A stretch of 64,000 bases of DNA from Lama glama. Its lineage: Eukaryota. Where the stretch lies: assembly GCA_028534125.1 (NCBI GenBank), contig CM052816.1, positions 52,888,001 through 52,952,000 of the forward strand, read 5' to 3'. The translations under genes and the position numbers were made by a program. Below are positions 38,580 through 52,739 of this stretch, in pieces (within the stretch, counting starts at the first letter, position 1; each line of letters begins with the position of its first letter). The notes beneath the pieces were generated by a model. That model made no database searches, was not told the DNA's origin, and saw only the letters and a list, made by a program, of their open reading frames with translations.

Positions 38580-39320
38580 AAATGCAAAGATATGTTCAGC
38601 CATCTGTAGAATGACTTCCCTGGCAAAAATTTTAAAATATGCCAATACCAATTATTGATAAGGATGTGAAACAATGAGAAATCTTAAATACTCCTTGTAT
38701 TTAAAACTACTTTGTTTAAAACCATCTTGGAAAACACTATGGCATATCAAATAAAGTTGAATAAGTATATGTCTTGCAATCCAGCAATTCCTCTACTAAG
38801 TATATACCCTAAAGAAATTCTTACCCAAGAGACAGGTACAATTATGTTGATATCAGCATTGTTTCAAATAGAAAAAAACTGATAATTGAAATATCTATTG
38901 ACAAGAAAATGAATGAATAAATTATAGTTCATTCATAAAATGAATATAGCAGTAGCAATAAATTACAGCTATATACATCAACATGGATGAACTTCACAAA
39001 AATGTGTATATTCAGGAAAAATAAAATGAGCAAGTTGCAAGAGAAAAGAGCTATATGATTTCATTTGTATAAAGCTCAAAAACATGCAAAACTAAACAAT
39101 TAGTTATTTAGTGATACATTCATATGTCGAAAAGCTATAAATAAATGCAAGGGAAAGATAAATACAAAATTCAGGGTAGCAGCTACTCATGGGGAAAGGG
39201 AGGAAAGAAGAGGGATGAAATAATGGAAAGAGAATACATAGACATAGAGTGGTAATATTCTATTTCTTAAACTAGGTGATGGGTACCTGGGTGCTCACTT
39301 TTTATTAGTAATAAAAATTA
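38580..39320 (+). mobile_element. Old L1ME/MC 3' end
   Basis: ccagcaattcctctactaagtatataccctaaagaaattc...caacatggatgaacttcac...ttcttaaactaggtgatggg. Confidence 0.75.
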
Positions 39321-42300
39321 TGTATTTTTCCCATGAAATTATCTCTATACCGAGACAGCATCAGATGGGTGCCAGGGTCTCTTTTCGCTCTCATCTGCTT
39401 CTCTCTTCCATTTCTTCCTTTCTGTCCTATCCCCAGGATCTTCTCCATCCATCAGTGCCTTATGTGGTCAAGTCCATGCAAATTCCTATCCCTAATGCAG
39501 TCCCAGGAAGGCAATTGTAATACCTCCCAAATCTTCAATTTAATTGACTCAGGCTTTTCAGGGTCTTCAGAGTAAAACACCGACAAAATAAACATACAAA
39601 CACATTTTTAACACGATTTTTTTTCCTGAAAATTTTGCTCTCCTCTTTTAGTACAAAGAATCAGGGGAGAGAGGTGGAGTGCGAGAGGGCAGGGAAGACA
39701 AGGAAAGGATGGAGTGGTAGCTGGAGATGCAAGTCATGTCCAGGGAGGAGGAGGAAAAAAAGAGCATTTCAGGATGGAAACAGAATGTTGAAGGCCTGCA
39801 ACCTAGGAAGCAGGAACATCTGTGGAACTAAAATTAAGGCCAGTGTAACTGGAGCTTTGTTAGCAAGGCAGAATGGTTTGTGAGATAGAGATGGGACTCA
39901 GAGAAAGCAGAGCATTATGGGCACATTAAGGAGCTCGACCTTTAGTCCAAGTAAAGAAAGGGTGGGTGGTTGGGTAAAACCTGGTGGAAGGCAAGTTAAG
40001 TAAATTTTACAAAAGTTTGGTTGAGAAAGATTGAGAAGCTGGCCTATGTGAGCTATTGTATATCACTCTATTTCTTGGCTTTCTTGCACTTACATTTTTT
40101 AAAATTTAAATTACCCAAATAATACAGGAACATATTCTTAATGTAAAAATTTTCAAGAATACAGACTGAAAAATTCCCCTGCTTTATCACCCTTAACAAT
40201 TATTGAAACTTCCTCTCAGTTAATAATTATGTACTAGAAATACTTACATCTACAAATGACAAAAGAAAATTTGACTGTCAGTGACCTAAACTAATTGAAA
40301 TTTATTTGACAGCCAGCTGTTGGCGTTGGTTCAGTGATGTCAAGATGGCTGCCATAACTCCAGGCACTGTATCTGTCATTCACAGATCATTGTGCAGCTA
40401 GAGATAATTAATTTTCAACATTGTGTGGAATCCCAGTGTATGAATATACTACAGTGTATCCATTCTCCTGTTAGTGAACACGGGTTATTTCTAGTTTAAG
40501 GGGTTTTGTTTTGTTTACATTTTCTGTTTTTGCTGTTAAAAACACATGCTATTAATAGTCTTGTCTTCTGGTGCACAAATTGCACAAATTTATCTAGATT
40601 ATATCCCTCGGAGTGGAACTGCTGAGTAATAGAGTTTTCACATCTCAATTTTATTTTATTATGCCCTTTATATAAATGGTATCATATAGTACATATTGTT
40701 CTGCATCTGACTTTAATTTATTGCATAAGCTCAAAGATTTTGTCTACTTTTCTCACTACTCTTTCCCTAGCATTATTTATTCATTTAACAAATATTTATT
40801 AAATATCTATCATGTACCAAGCTCATGTTGGAAACATTTACTTGAGTTTTCCTCCAAAGTCCCTTCCTTCCCTGTTCTCCATAATAGCCCTCAGTTCTGT
40901 TCCTTCAGTTTGCTAGTTTACAAGCCAATATTATTCCAAGAACAGGGCCACTGCTATTCCACAAGGTGCTTCTATATTAGTTGACAAAAGGCTTATCCCT
41001 CTCCCGACACCCAATCACGTGCCAGGGCCACACACAGCCAGCACTCGCTCCCTCAGCAGATGCTCTTATGCAGTACAGCCTGTTCATCCTGTTCATCTGC
41101 ACAGAGCAGCCCTGCCCAAGAAAGCTAGCTGATAGGCATGCCGACTTCTCTTTAACTGTCTCTGAACCTGGCTAGACTCAGAGATGTTCTTCCTTTACCT
41201 CTGCTATTCTCACCTTTACCTGTCGCACTAAACAGACTGTAGGAGGAGTCCATAATATTTGCCATGAAGAAAAGCAGCCCAATCAGTTCTTTAAAATATA
41301 AGTTCTGTGACTCAAAAAGCACGCTCTGTCAGTAAAATGAACGCAGATCCCCAAGCCACGATGGTTTGGCATGACTTGGACTGAGAACTGGTGCATGAAA
41401 CAGAAATGACCTCTGTAAGCTACGAATGAAGATACCAGGTACCTCTGGGGTAACTTCACCCAGTTTATGACAAGTAGCCCAATTTCTGTGGCTGCCAAGT
41501 GACACCAGATAAGCCAACTGGATTCTCTCTTTAAGAACTACACATGAGAGATGAATAAAAGACAGATTACTCCAGTTTGATAAGCCCAAGTGATACTGAG
41601 AAATTTATTTTTAGTGATACTCAAGAGTTGCACAAGGTCCCAATGTAGGGAAATTGGAGACCTGAGGCAACTTCCCTTGTACAAAACTTCCAACAGAGAA
41701 TGAAATCTGTGTGACTCTTTCTTACATTAATTGGCCGTTTCCCCCACAATTAAGTATAAACTGTCTTGTATCATTTTCTAAGTTCTGCTTTTCTCTCCGA
41801 CCAGATGCTAACTTCCTCAAGAGAACTTCCTTGTGAATTCTCTAACCCATGGCAGAGTGCTGAACACACACATAACAAGAATTCAGTAAATATTTGAGAG
41901 GCTGAGTAACTTTTTAAAGAAGTGTTAATAATTTAACCTAAAATGTTTCAGTATAAAGTAACATAACCATGATAAAAATGTAAACAACGTAAGTTAGAGT
42001 TCATGGACTTTTTCCCTCCCCTACTCTCAATTATCTCTGCTGAAGGATTATCATTTATTAACTTTTTTTTATGTGGGTTCCCAGAACTTCTTATATGCAC
42101 AGACATATTAATTTGTAAGGTTTTTTCCTTACATAAAAATGGAATCATTGATTGTTCTGCAACTTGCTTTTTTAATTAAACAAATTTTTTATGTAATCTT
42201 CATGTCACTGTGTCTGTGGTATATATCTCATTATTTTAGATGGTCACTTAGTGTCCCTTCCATAGGATGGATATGTTAATTTTTTTAAATAACCATCTAT

Positions 42301-42900
42301 AGTTGAATAGTTAGGTAGTCTCCAAGTTCTCACTATTATGAATAATGCTACAGTGAACACCTTTGTATGTATTTTCTTGCACACTTTGGTGGTATTTTTG
42401 GAGGCTACAGACTCAAATGTGGGAAACTTATAGTGATGGTTTGAAAAGGACATTCAGTTAGGAAAGTCTGAATTCTAGAATTTGCCACTTCTAATCTGTG
42501 TTACTGAGCAAGTCACTTCGACTCCCTAACATTCTGTTACTTCCTCTGTAAGAGAAGGAAAAATCTCAGCATGTTTCATAAGATTATTGTGAAATCAAAT
42601 GACAAAACTAAAGCATCATGGTTGATTAATATTAGGTTTCAGTTTAGTTTTAGCAAGACAGTCGTATTTCTTCAGGCTTTTTGTAATCTGCTGAATTTCA
42701 TTAGACGACTTGCCAATTTTTAGTAGTCTGCTGAAATGTTCATCTTTTGAGTATAGTACAGGGAACCAAGAAGAACATTATTAAAATCAAATAGACAAAT
42801 TGTTGCATCCTGCAGAAACAGGTCTTGTTCTTTAAGAAGATTAATTCAAACCCCATTTTTGATCATCCTTTAGGAAAGCATGTAAGTGACCCATAATAAC

Positions 42901-43003
42901 GAAAGAAAGAGAGAAAGAGAAAGAAAAAGAAAGAGAGAAAGAAAAAGAAAGAAAGAAAGAGAAAAAGAAAAAGAAAAAGAAAAAGAAAAAAGAAAGAAAA
43001 GAA
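42901..43003. repeat. Polypurine (GAAA/GAAAAA)n low-complexity tract
   Basis: ~100 nt of A/G only. Confidence 0.95.
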
Positions 43004-43269
43004 GATACAAAGAAAATGCTCTAGAATCCTATAGGGTCATAGGCAGAGAAGTCTATAAGACCTTTATAATTAAAAATTCAATTGTGAACTGTAACTGGTT
43101 GAGAAAGTGCTTGTTCCACTCCTCTCGTTTTCATAAGACCTGAGCTTGAATTACGGCTTTACCACTAACTGGTCTGTGAGCAAGAACGTACATTTCCCTC
43201 ACTTGAAAAATGAAGGGATTGAATTAGATCATCTTTAAGGTCCTGTTTACTCAAAACAATAATAAAAAT

Positions 43270-43530
43270 TATAATAGTTACATATATAAATTGCTTACTG
43301 TATTGGAAAAAGCGCTGTTCTAATTGCTTTAGGTATGTTGATTCATTTAATCTTCATAGCAAACCTATGAGGCAGGTACTGCTGTTATCATTTCCATTTT
43401 GCAGATGGGGAAACTGAGGGACAGAGAGGTTAGGTTGACTTGCCTGAGGTCACAAAGCTAGCAAGGAACAGAGGCAGGGATTTGGGCCTAAGTTGTCTGG
43501 CTCCAGAGTTCATGCTCTTAACCTTCATCC
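43270..43530 (-). mobile_element. MIR SINE (near full length)
   Basis: ccattttgcagatggggaaactgagggacagagaggttaggttgacttgcctgaggtcaca. Confidence 0.85.
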
Positions 43531-43708
43531 TGTGACTCACTGATCTCTTCAAACACTTGAGTTCTTTGCTTTATGTTGATATTGGAAGGAAACTTCTTTT
43601 CTAGTAGTTTCTTTCCACTTTGTTTTGTTTCAAACATTTATTGACTTACAAATTTATTTAGAAGTGCATTTTCCTTTTTTGAGAAAAAAATTTGAACACA
43701 GAGAACTT

Positions 43709-44196
43709 AATATTGGTTATTATAAAATTATCCCAAAACTTTGTAGTTTAAACAATAAACATTGATTATCTCAATTTCAGCTTAGCTATGTGGCTCTAAG
43801 TCCAAGCCTCTCATGAGCTTGTAGTCAGGTGTTGGTGGGGACTGCAGTCTTGTGAAGGTGCTGACAGTCTGCTTCTGAGTTCATGCATGGCTGTTGGTAG
43901 ATTTCAGCTTCTCTGCACATGGACCTCTTCATGAGGCTGTTCATATAACTTGGTAGTGGTTTCCCTAGAACAAGAAATTTGAGACAGAGACAGAGACAGA
44001 GAAGCCAAGACAGAAGCTGAAATTTTCTGTCCCAGCCCTTCTCCTAATCTTGGAGATGACATTCCATTATTTCAGCCATGTTATTTGCTAGAAGCAAGTC
44101 ACCAAGGCCAACCCAAATTCAAGGGGAGGGAGAGAAAGCTTCATCTCTCAAGGAGAGGAATATCAAAGAATGTATAAATATGTGTTCAAAACCACA
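43709..44196 (-). mobile_element. MaLR LTR (MLT1F/G-like)
   Basis: agcaagtcaccaaggccaacccaaattcaagggg...aaaaccaca terminus. Confidence 0.65.
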
Positions 44197-44699
44197 GTGA
44201 GTATAAGAAAACTATAACAAGCAGTGTTATACTCACTACCCCAAATTGGCAATTATTACCTTATCACATTTTTCTCAAAAACATTTTCAAACAAGCAAAA
44301 AACACATTAGGAATAAAATCTTCTTTGTTCCTATGTCCAGTCTCAATCCTTTTCCTACTTTCCAGAGGCAACAACTCTAAGATTGCATGGCGTATCTTTC
44401 CAGTCTTTTTATTCTTTTATATGCATACATAGGATTGTTTGGTGGGGTTTTTAGTTTTTCATAAATGGTCTCATACTTACATATTCAGCAACTTGCTGTT
44501 TTTCACTCAATGCTGTTTTGGAATTTATGTACCCTGATATATTTAGACCCAGTTCAATATTGCATTGCATGATGACACCATGTTCAATTCATCCATTGAT
44601 AGAAATTGCTTCCTAAATTGTAAATCACTCTTATAATCAAGGTTGCAAGGAATTGCTGTATTTGTTTCCTTGTGCATATGTGCAAGAGTCTCTCTAGAC

Positions 44700-44947
44700 C
44701 AGTGTTTCCACATATTTTGACCCCACCCCACAGTGAGAAATTTCTTATTATGACCAGCCTATGTCTCATTGTGACCACGTAAAACTGAAGCCAAAGTTTC
44801 ATAAGAAATAGTACTTTTTCTTTCTATGAATAATGACCTCTAATATTACCTATTTTAAATCTATGTTCTTTTAAATTGTTTGCTGAGAGTCACTAAGTTG
44901 ATTTCTGGACCCATTATTGGGTCTCCATCTGCAGCTTCAAAAACAAT
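44700..44947 (+). mobile_element. hAT-Charlie-type MITE inserted in an old antisense L1 relic
   Basis: cagtgtttcc...ttcaaaaacaat termini; ctctaga/ttctagg flanks; L1-like sequence on both sides (44200-45150). Confidence 0.5.
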
Positions 44948-47900
44948 CTTCTAGGACTATATCTAGCTATTATGACATACACTGTTTATGGCAGCTTAAA
45001 CTTTACAAAACATTGCAAACTTACTTTTCATAGTAGTTGTACCAATTCACACTCCCCCCAGCAGCGTATGAGAATTCCTTTTTGCCCACATTGACACCCA
45101 CATTCAGTACTGTTAGATTCTTTATTTTTGCCCATCTCATGATTGGGTCTCATTTAAGGGTTGGATGAAAGCAGGCCTGCTTCACTGTATTCTTTCTTTT
45201 GTTTGGGGGTCACAGGTGTGATGGGGAAGTCTCCCAGGCTTGGCCTCTTGGTTGCTATATGTCATTACTGAGTCCCTTGGAAGGTGTAATAGTTAATGGG
45301 AGCATCCCTCCCAGGAATCACAGAAGCCCGTGAAACAGAGCTGGATCCATCTGCCATGGTTCCCCCTGGTTTTACAAGGAAGCTATTCCAGTCCTTTTAC
45401 CTCATTCCCCAAGCCCTGTGCTCTACAAGCTTTCCCTGATATTCGGCAACCACTCCTCCTACTGCACAGAGAAGATGAGACCATCACAGGAACACTCTGC
45501 TGTATTCTATCCTTCATCTATGTACTTACCAGTATCTGCTCCCGTCCTTTCCCAGAGGGAGTGTGACTTTCTTCCTGCCCAGGCTAATTCTTCTACCCCA
45601 GCACTGAGGTCTACCCCCTCCCATCCTCTGAGGGCTCTTGCTCCATAAATGGGCCCTTCTTTTGCTCTGCCTGCTAACTGCTCCCCGACCCCCACCTCAT
45701 CTTTTCTGCGCATAGTTTGCGGAAGTCTTCCCTTCCTGAATAAGGTCTTCCCTTAAGTCCTTGTTCCTCTGTCTGACTTACCCTTATTTATTCTTGGGCT
45801 CAAATATCACTTCCTCAGAGAAGCATTTCCTTTCATCCATTGTGCCTATTCTTTGCCTTCATAATTTTCACCAAAGTACAAATTTATTTACTTATTTGTG
45901 GGTCTGACTCCCCTACTGTGTGGTCAGCCCCAAGAGGTCAGGGACTTTGCCCTGACATAGAATGGCACTCAGCACATATTTGTTGACTAAATAAATAATT
46001 TCTAGCCTACAGCCTCACTCTTCTACTCTGCTCCTATACCAGGTGGGTAATGAAAAGCCTGTCACATTCCTCCCCAGCTGAAAAAATACTACTAGTCCCC
46101 CTGCCTGTGGAATCAAGTCCACTCTGCTTTGTGCAGGATGGAAAGGCTCTGTGAGAGCCACTCTCCCTCCCCCAAGGCAGAACAAGCCCCACTTCTTCTA
46201 GCAGAGGAAGCAGAAGAAGAAAAACTCAAATCGGCTAATACTATTATTAGCTGACAGCCCTGATAAAAGAAGTCCTGGACAAAGAGTTTCAAATCCATAG
46301 ATGAAGGAGGTTATGTAATTATTTATTGATTTCATCCTCTTGTTGGTTTTGTTTCTTCCTCATGCTTTTTTTCTTTCACAAGAAAACTCGGACCTATTGT
46401 TTAAAGGAAAGGGAATTGAACATTTCATTGAGCACTTACAATATGCCAGGCTTTAGGCTAAACACTGTGTTTAGTTTATCCTATTTAAATGTAATTCTCT
46501 TCAAAACTCAGAATAGGTATCACCTCCCCTTCCAAAAATAACATGACAGTGGCCAAAAACTTCAAATACACCAAGGAAAATAAAACAGTCTGGTGATTTC
46601 TATGGCACAAGAAAGTCCAAAAGGCTCGTATGCTTCTTATTAGTTAAAGTTAGGTCACGGGTCATCTTTGGTCACACATGTGACGTGTGATACTCTTAAT
46701 GTGCCAGTCTTCCTCATAATCTCCTCTCCCACCTATATCTCTCTCTTCCTTCTCTCTCTTGCTCCTCTCTTCCTCTTGGCTGCCCCCTCTTTCCTTTGCT
46801 CTCTCTTAATCTCATGACTTTTTGTTTTTTCATTTTTCTCCCCATCTACCTCTTAAGGCCATCAACAGCTTCACTGTTGCCTTCTAAGCCAAAAAGATTA
46901 CTGACGGCTTGTCTAAGCAGAAGTGAAAGCAAACAGAAAGAAAGTCTTTTTTTCATTCCTGAATTAGAACTGCAACAAAATATAATGATGTTGCGGGACA
47001 ACAGGGAACCCAAAGAGATAAACATAAACTCTAGACAGGCTTTCAGCTTCCAACACGCAGGGGATAGTTGCCCACTGAGCTCTTGGTCAGGCTGTCAGTC
47101 ATTACCGATAATGCTAACGTTCTCAATTTCCATTTTGAAAAAGAGAACCTGTAACCAGAAGACGTTAGCATTTTATCAGTACATAGAAGTTGTAGAGGGA
47201 AGTTTCCTGAGACTTGGAAAGTAATAGAAGCAGATGAAATATTTCCTTTAAAGTACAGAAACTTAGGAATTGGAAACTGAAGGTAGCACCATTTGGAAAA
47301 TTTAAGATGAAGCTCGTGGTCCTAAAATTCCGCCCATTCTTTAGGTCCTGATAGTGCAGAGGCTACTTTGGAAAACAAACACTAGATCACTAATGCAGGA
47401 GGTTTTATACTGTTTGAGTGTTTATGTCAAGGTTGCCCTCCATTTTTATGCTTTCTGAATCTCCACTTTTAGGCAAACAAGAAGAAACCTAGGGGATAAA
47501 TCATTCTTTTGGCTCACTTTCAAGACAACGGTATTCATTTATTTGCAAAACTTTTCTAGTGCTTTCTGAATAGCAGACTCCATATTTAAACAAGCCAAAT
47601 CTTCGAGATCAAGCAGATGCTATAAATCATCAAAATACCTCCCCATTCCCCCACCTCCCGGACAAACAAACAAGCATTAAAAGAAAATTAGTGTTGAAGA
47701 ACAGAGCTACTGGGTAGGTGGTTTATAGCTTTATGACAGCATTTTAGCAGAGAACTTTGCTGACTGGCAAAAAGCAGTGAGTTGCTAAACACTGAGAGAT
47801 TGTTACGAAGACTTAAGGGTGAAGGTATTGTTTTCTGGAAAAGGGGGCAGTATTTGAAGGCTATAGCCCTTCATGATCAGCATGTCATGAGGAGGTATCT

Positions 47901-49269
47901 TTCTTGATAAAAAGCAATTATATTCCAGCCAGGAACCACCCCCTCCCTCTTCAACAGACTCCTACCACCCTGAATTAATCACACAACTTGTTGGCTCATT
48001 AAGCCTTGGTGTCATTTTGATGCATATATTATTACAACAATACGTGCAAAGCTACAATATTCAATCGGGTTAAAAGGATTTTAAGGCCATACTTTAGAGA
48101 TGAGAAACTCTGAATCATCCAATTGATTTGGGAAATGAGTTCACTCGCCTATTGCATAGTCACTGGAAGAATGAAAAAGAGAGAGTGAATCCCCTGGGGC
48201 TTAAATCTGAAGCGAACTCTTAGCTCTCCACTGCACTTTTAGGAATAAAATAGTAATAGTAGTCATAAGGAAGTTTTATAAATTGGCATGCCATGAATTT
48301 CCTTTTTGGCTAACTGCATATAAGTGGGTTGTTGAATGAGCTGAACTCAGTCAGGTACAAAAGAAAGCAACTTGACTCTATTTCTCCACTGCTCTTTCAA
48401 ACCTCCCCTGTCAAATTATTATTCTCCATTCTTGGATGAAATTTGAGGCAAAGATCCTAGTGTTTCTGATCATGTTTGTGTATTAAAAAACTCAGTATCA
48501 TCTAATATTAAAATGTTATGCTCTCTCTTCATATTCTTTTTCTTTTCAACTAAAAAAAATTTTTTTTAAAAAGAAGCGAAAAAGAAACATCTTTAAAGTT
48601 TTAAAGTACTGAAAGGAAGATAAAGGAAAGAACAAAAACTATCTGGTCAGAGTTTTATAGTCATAAAAATATCTTTGAAAAATAAATCAAGTAAAGACTT
48701 TTTCGAACAAACAAACAAAAACATTATATTCTCATTTGACTCAAAGTTCCTCTTTATGTCCCCATCCCACCCCGTACTGCCACCCCCACCACCCCCATCC
48801 TCAGGCCTGAATCAAACTTGCAAGCCCCAAATGGGAAAAGCCAGGGTGGGTCTGTATGGCATGGTGGGGAGGAGGGGGACGGTGTTCTTTCTTTCCAGAT
48901 CCACTGACTTCTACACTTTCTAGCTACTCTTTGTGGCTCTTCTATGGTCTGATCAATGCAGGAGGTGGATTAGGGGACAAAGGCAGTGTTCTCTGGCTAA
49001 TGCAGTCAACTTTCTGCATTCTCACTACTGAGGAGCTCCAACCTCCAATTTCCTTTCATAGAAAATGACTTCAGGCTGCTTTCTCCACCACTTCCCACTC
49101 CAACCACCACACCTCAGTTTACAGCTTTGGATGGCCCACTACCACCCTTTAGAAAGATCATTTTGATGGAGTCCCTATGAAGATGACCAAAAAACCCAGT
49201 TCTTTTTAACATAATCCACATGCAGCCCATGGAAAACCTGTATATTTGTCCCCCTCAGACTCTCATTTC

Positions 49270-49763
49270 CAATTGCATTCATCAGAGAAACAGAACCAAC
49301 AGGAGATAGAGATAGATATAGATAGATGAAGAAATGTATGAAAAGGAATTGGCTCACATGATTATGAAGGCTGACAAATCCCAGATTTACATTCAACAAG
49401 CTGGAGACCCAGGAGAGCTGATTGTGTAGTTCTAGTCTGAAGGCCAGTAAGCTGAGACCCAGGAAGAATGGATGTTTCATTTCAGAGTCTGAAGGCAGGA
49501 AAAAAGATTCAAGGCCATCCAGCAAGAGAAATTCCCCTTTCCTCATGGGAGGGTCAGCCTTTTTGTTCTTTTCAGGCTTTCTTCCTCAGCTCACTGGGTA
49601 GGATCCTCCCACATTGAGAAGGGCTATCTGGTTAACTCAGTCTCCAACTCAAATGTTAATCTCATTCCAGAAAAACCCTCACAGACATACCCAGAATAAT
49701 ATTTGGCCCAAGGTCTGGGCAGCCCATGGCCCAGTCAAGTGAACACAGAAAACTCACCATCAC
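49270..49763 (-). mobile_element. ERVL LTR MLT2 (MLT2B-like)
   Basis: agagaaacagaaccaacagga, aggaattggctcacatgattatg, ggcccagtcaagtgaacac...ccatcaca. Confidence 0.85.
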
Positions 49764-50159
49764 ACGAACTCTCTTTTCACCCTCCCAGCCCACAGTTCCC
49801 TTCACCAAACCTCTTGCCACTCAGATGTTTTCACTTGTGGGACAGGTACTAGTTCTCCTTTCCTCCCAACCACATGCCAGACTCTCCGGGTGGTTCTCTG
49901 GAGCCTCCCTCATCTACCTGAGATGTGGGGGTGAAGTGCTCCCTCCTCTGCTTGGAGGGATACACAAGACATTCTCCCCTCCCACCTTGCAGGGGCAGGG
50001 GAAGGTACAAGATGACTCCATGGAGAACTCTATCTAGCCCCAGACTTACGTGAAACCCCACATCCATGGTAGGGTAAACCAAACCAAAATGCCTGAGAGG
50101 GCCTGTAATCAACCCAATCTCTTCAATGTCTTTAGGTCCAGGTATCACCCAAGGTGATA

Positions 50160-50220
50160 CTCCTACTCCTCTCCCCACCTCCTACTCCTCTCCCCACCTC
50201 CTACTCCTCTCCCCACCTCC
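50160..50220. repeat. 19-bp minisatellite (ctcctactcctctccccac)x3
   Basis: Three perfect tandem copies read directly. Confidence 0.95.
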
Positions 50221-50656
50221 AGTTCTGCCATTATGAATAGACCTCCTTAAGTTCAAGTCTGAACCCCTTGATCTGGCGAGAATGAAAGCAGCTCCAGAAT
50301 CCCACTGCTGTCAGTGAACCCAAACGCTCCATATGCAGACTTTCAGCCATCAGTACTACAGGAAGTGCTGTTTTCTGTTCTTTACGGATCTCATGGTCTT
50401 TCATTTATTCAACAACTGTTTGTTAAGAGTTAAATATGTTCAATGCTGGGGATATACAGGTAAAAAACTATGTTGTCTGTCCTCAAGGAGTCATATTCGT
50501 GTGGGTTACATAGATGATCATACTACAGGTGTTCTGTGGGGTATGAATGTAAGTTCCAAATGGCCAGGATTACTCTGCAAAAACCCTCGAACAAGTAACA
50601 ACTGGACAGTTAGGATGGTCCTGACAGGCTGCTTGTTCCCATAAGCCTGGGGCAGC

Positions 50657-50865
50657 CAGGGATGGATCAGGTCTTCTGGGGCCATGAGCTTGCACAAAGT
50701 GGGAGCCTACTTGAAGAAAATGAACATAAAAATTAGGCCTTCACATTTTACAAAATTATGAGACCATGGGAGCACATTGCCAGGGCCTTAGGGCCTTGGA
50801 AAGGACCCAGCAAGTGAGAGGCCCTGAAGCTGAAGTTTCAGTGTCTTCTCATAAATCCGTCTTAA
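50657..50865 (+). mobile_element. hAT-like MITE (MER53-like)
   Basis: cagggatggatcagg...ggggccatgagctt...ggccctgaagctgaag...taaatccgtc; family assignment from memory. Confidence 0.45.
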
Positions 50866-52739
50866 GACTCGGTCCACTTATGAAAGCATTAGGACGGTTC
50901 TAGATTGTACCATGGTATGTTGGGGCTCTACAATCAGATCGGCAGATGTATACCAGACTGATTTATTTAGATAACCTCTGCCAGATACTTCTTGAGTATC
51001 TCAGGGAAAGTTATTTAAATTCTCTAAGCCTCAATTTCCTGTATTAGTAGACCCACTTCATATGATAGTTGCAAAGATTAAAATATATAAGCATGTAAAA
51101 CATTTTAGCATGGCTCATAATTAGTGCCTATTAAGTGTTAGCTATTATTAACTATCAGTCTTAAAATCTGAAGTAGCTGAACTCTGCCCTGAATTTGCCT
51201 TTTCAGAACTCACAGATCTTTGGTTCCTCACAACACAAAATTCCAGGGAGCATCTGTAAGGAAACATAATTTGTAAGGAGTGTCTGTAAAGAATTAAAAT
51301 CCAGAATCTCCAAGTCTAGAGTTTCCTGGTTAGAAGGAGATGCTGGACTCTCCTACTCTCTCCCCCATAACTTTCTCCTCCCAGTGGATCATCTGGCCAC
51401 ATCCTGGCTGGATGAGAAGGAGCTGCTCCTCCTTGAGTACACTGAGACCAACCTGGACTATGAAAAAAGAATTAACTAAAATCTAGGAGATAGTTTTAAA
51501 ACAGAATAAATCGAAATAGTATCCAAGGTAAAGTTTGCTTTCTCACAGATACCTCTCATTCCACATGAGGCCTTCAGGGGAAAAATGTTGCTTGGATTCC
51601 TCCTAGCTTCCAGACTTCCTCATCACGGTCAGTACCATAGACAAGTACCTACCACATAGTTGTACAATCCCAGGCATAGAACTAACATACAGTTATGCAG
51701 TTGGGCACTGCATAAAGCTATCACATCTAAGAAGGCACCATTGAAACTGAAGACATCATAGATATCTATGTTTACCAAAATAATTTTCTGGCCAATGGCA
51801 GCTAAATGTTTTGTTACATAGTCAGTACATTATGATACTTTTATAGTCATTGAAAGTAGAATGTCTTAAGGAAGTCTTGGGGAGGTGGTGACTTTTTCCA
51901 CTTTGTACAGATTTATGATGTGGGCATGACTGGGCAGGTAGAATATTCAAAGTCTAGGAAAAGGAAGAGAGATCCAGCATCCTGGCCTGTTGCCCCAAAC
52001 CTACAGCCTGCCCTCTTAGTTTTCATTTCCGATTTAAGGCCCTACCTCTTCCTCTAGCAATTGACGTAGAGAATCGCTCCACCCTTCAGCCAAGATTTTG
52101 ACTTTACTGCTGCAAAGCCTAACAATATAACTAGATATGCATATAATACAATAATCTACAACAATAAATACAGCTAGTAATAGAGACCAATTTCCTTATT
52201 CATGTTCTAAAATACACACACACATAGTTTTTGTTTATTTTAAGGCCATGTTAATTTCAGTAAAAACAAATTTCAGTTACCCAAATGGCGAAGCATGTAT
52301 TAAATTGGGTAATAGACTGTATCTGCTGTTCTTTTTGACAACTTCAGCTTTTATAACATCACATCTAAGACAAAAGGAAAATATTACTAAGTTGATTTCG
52401 TTTTCAATGTAATGCTTATCAGATCTAATGTCATAGTTCCTGAAACATCAATGAAAAGAGAACATTCGGTTTTTCAAATGTGTTGGCCCAATATAAATAT
52501 AGCTGTATCCAACAACATAAGACCTAACCATATTTAGCCTTCCTATCTTCCTATTCCTTGAAACATGGTCCTTATTGCAATATTTTGTACCATGTTTAAT
52601 TCTCAGCATGTTCTGAGATTTAAGTTAAAACAAAGCTTTAATTCTAAATAAAAAAGAAAACAGTTTTTAAGATTATCTTTTAACTGCAATATAGAATTTC
52701 CAAGTTAATTCAAAAAAATAGTAACTTTTTATTATTTAA

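Noticed and set aside
42886..43143. Lys/Glu/Arg-rich 85-aa ORF
   Set aside because: Translation of a (GAAA)n polypurine tract.
46796..47224. 142-aa ORF in the repeat-poor region
   Set aside because: TTG start within a CT-rich tract; no recognisable homology or supported exon structure.
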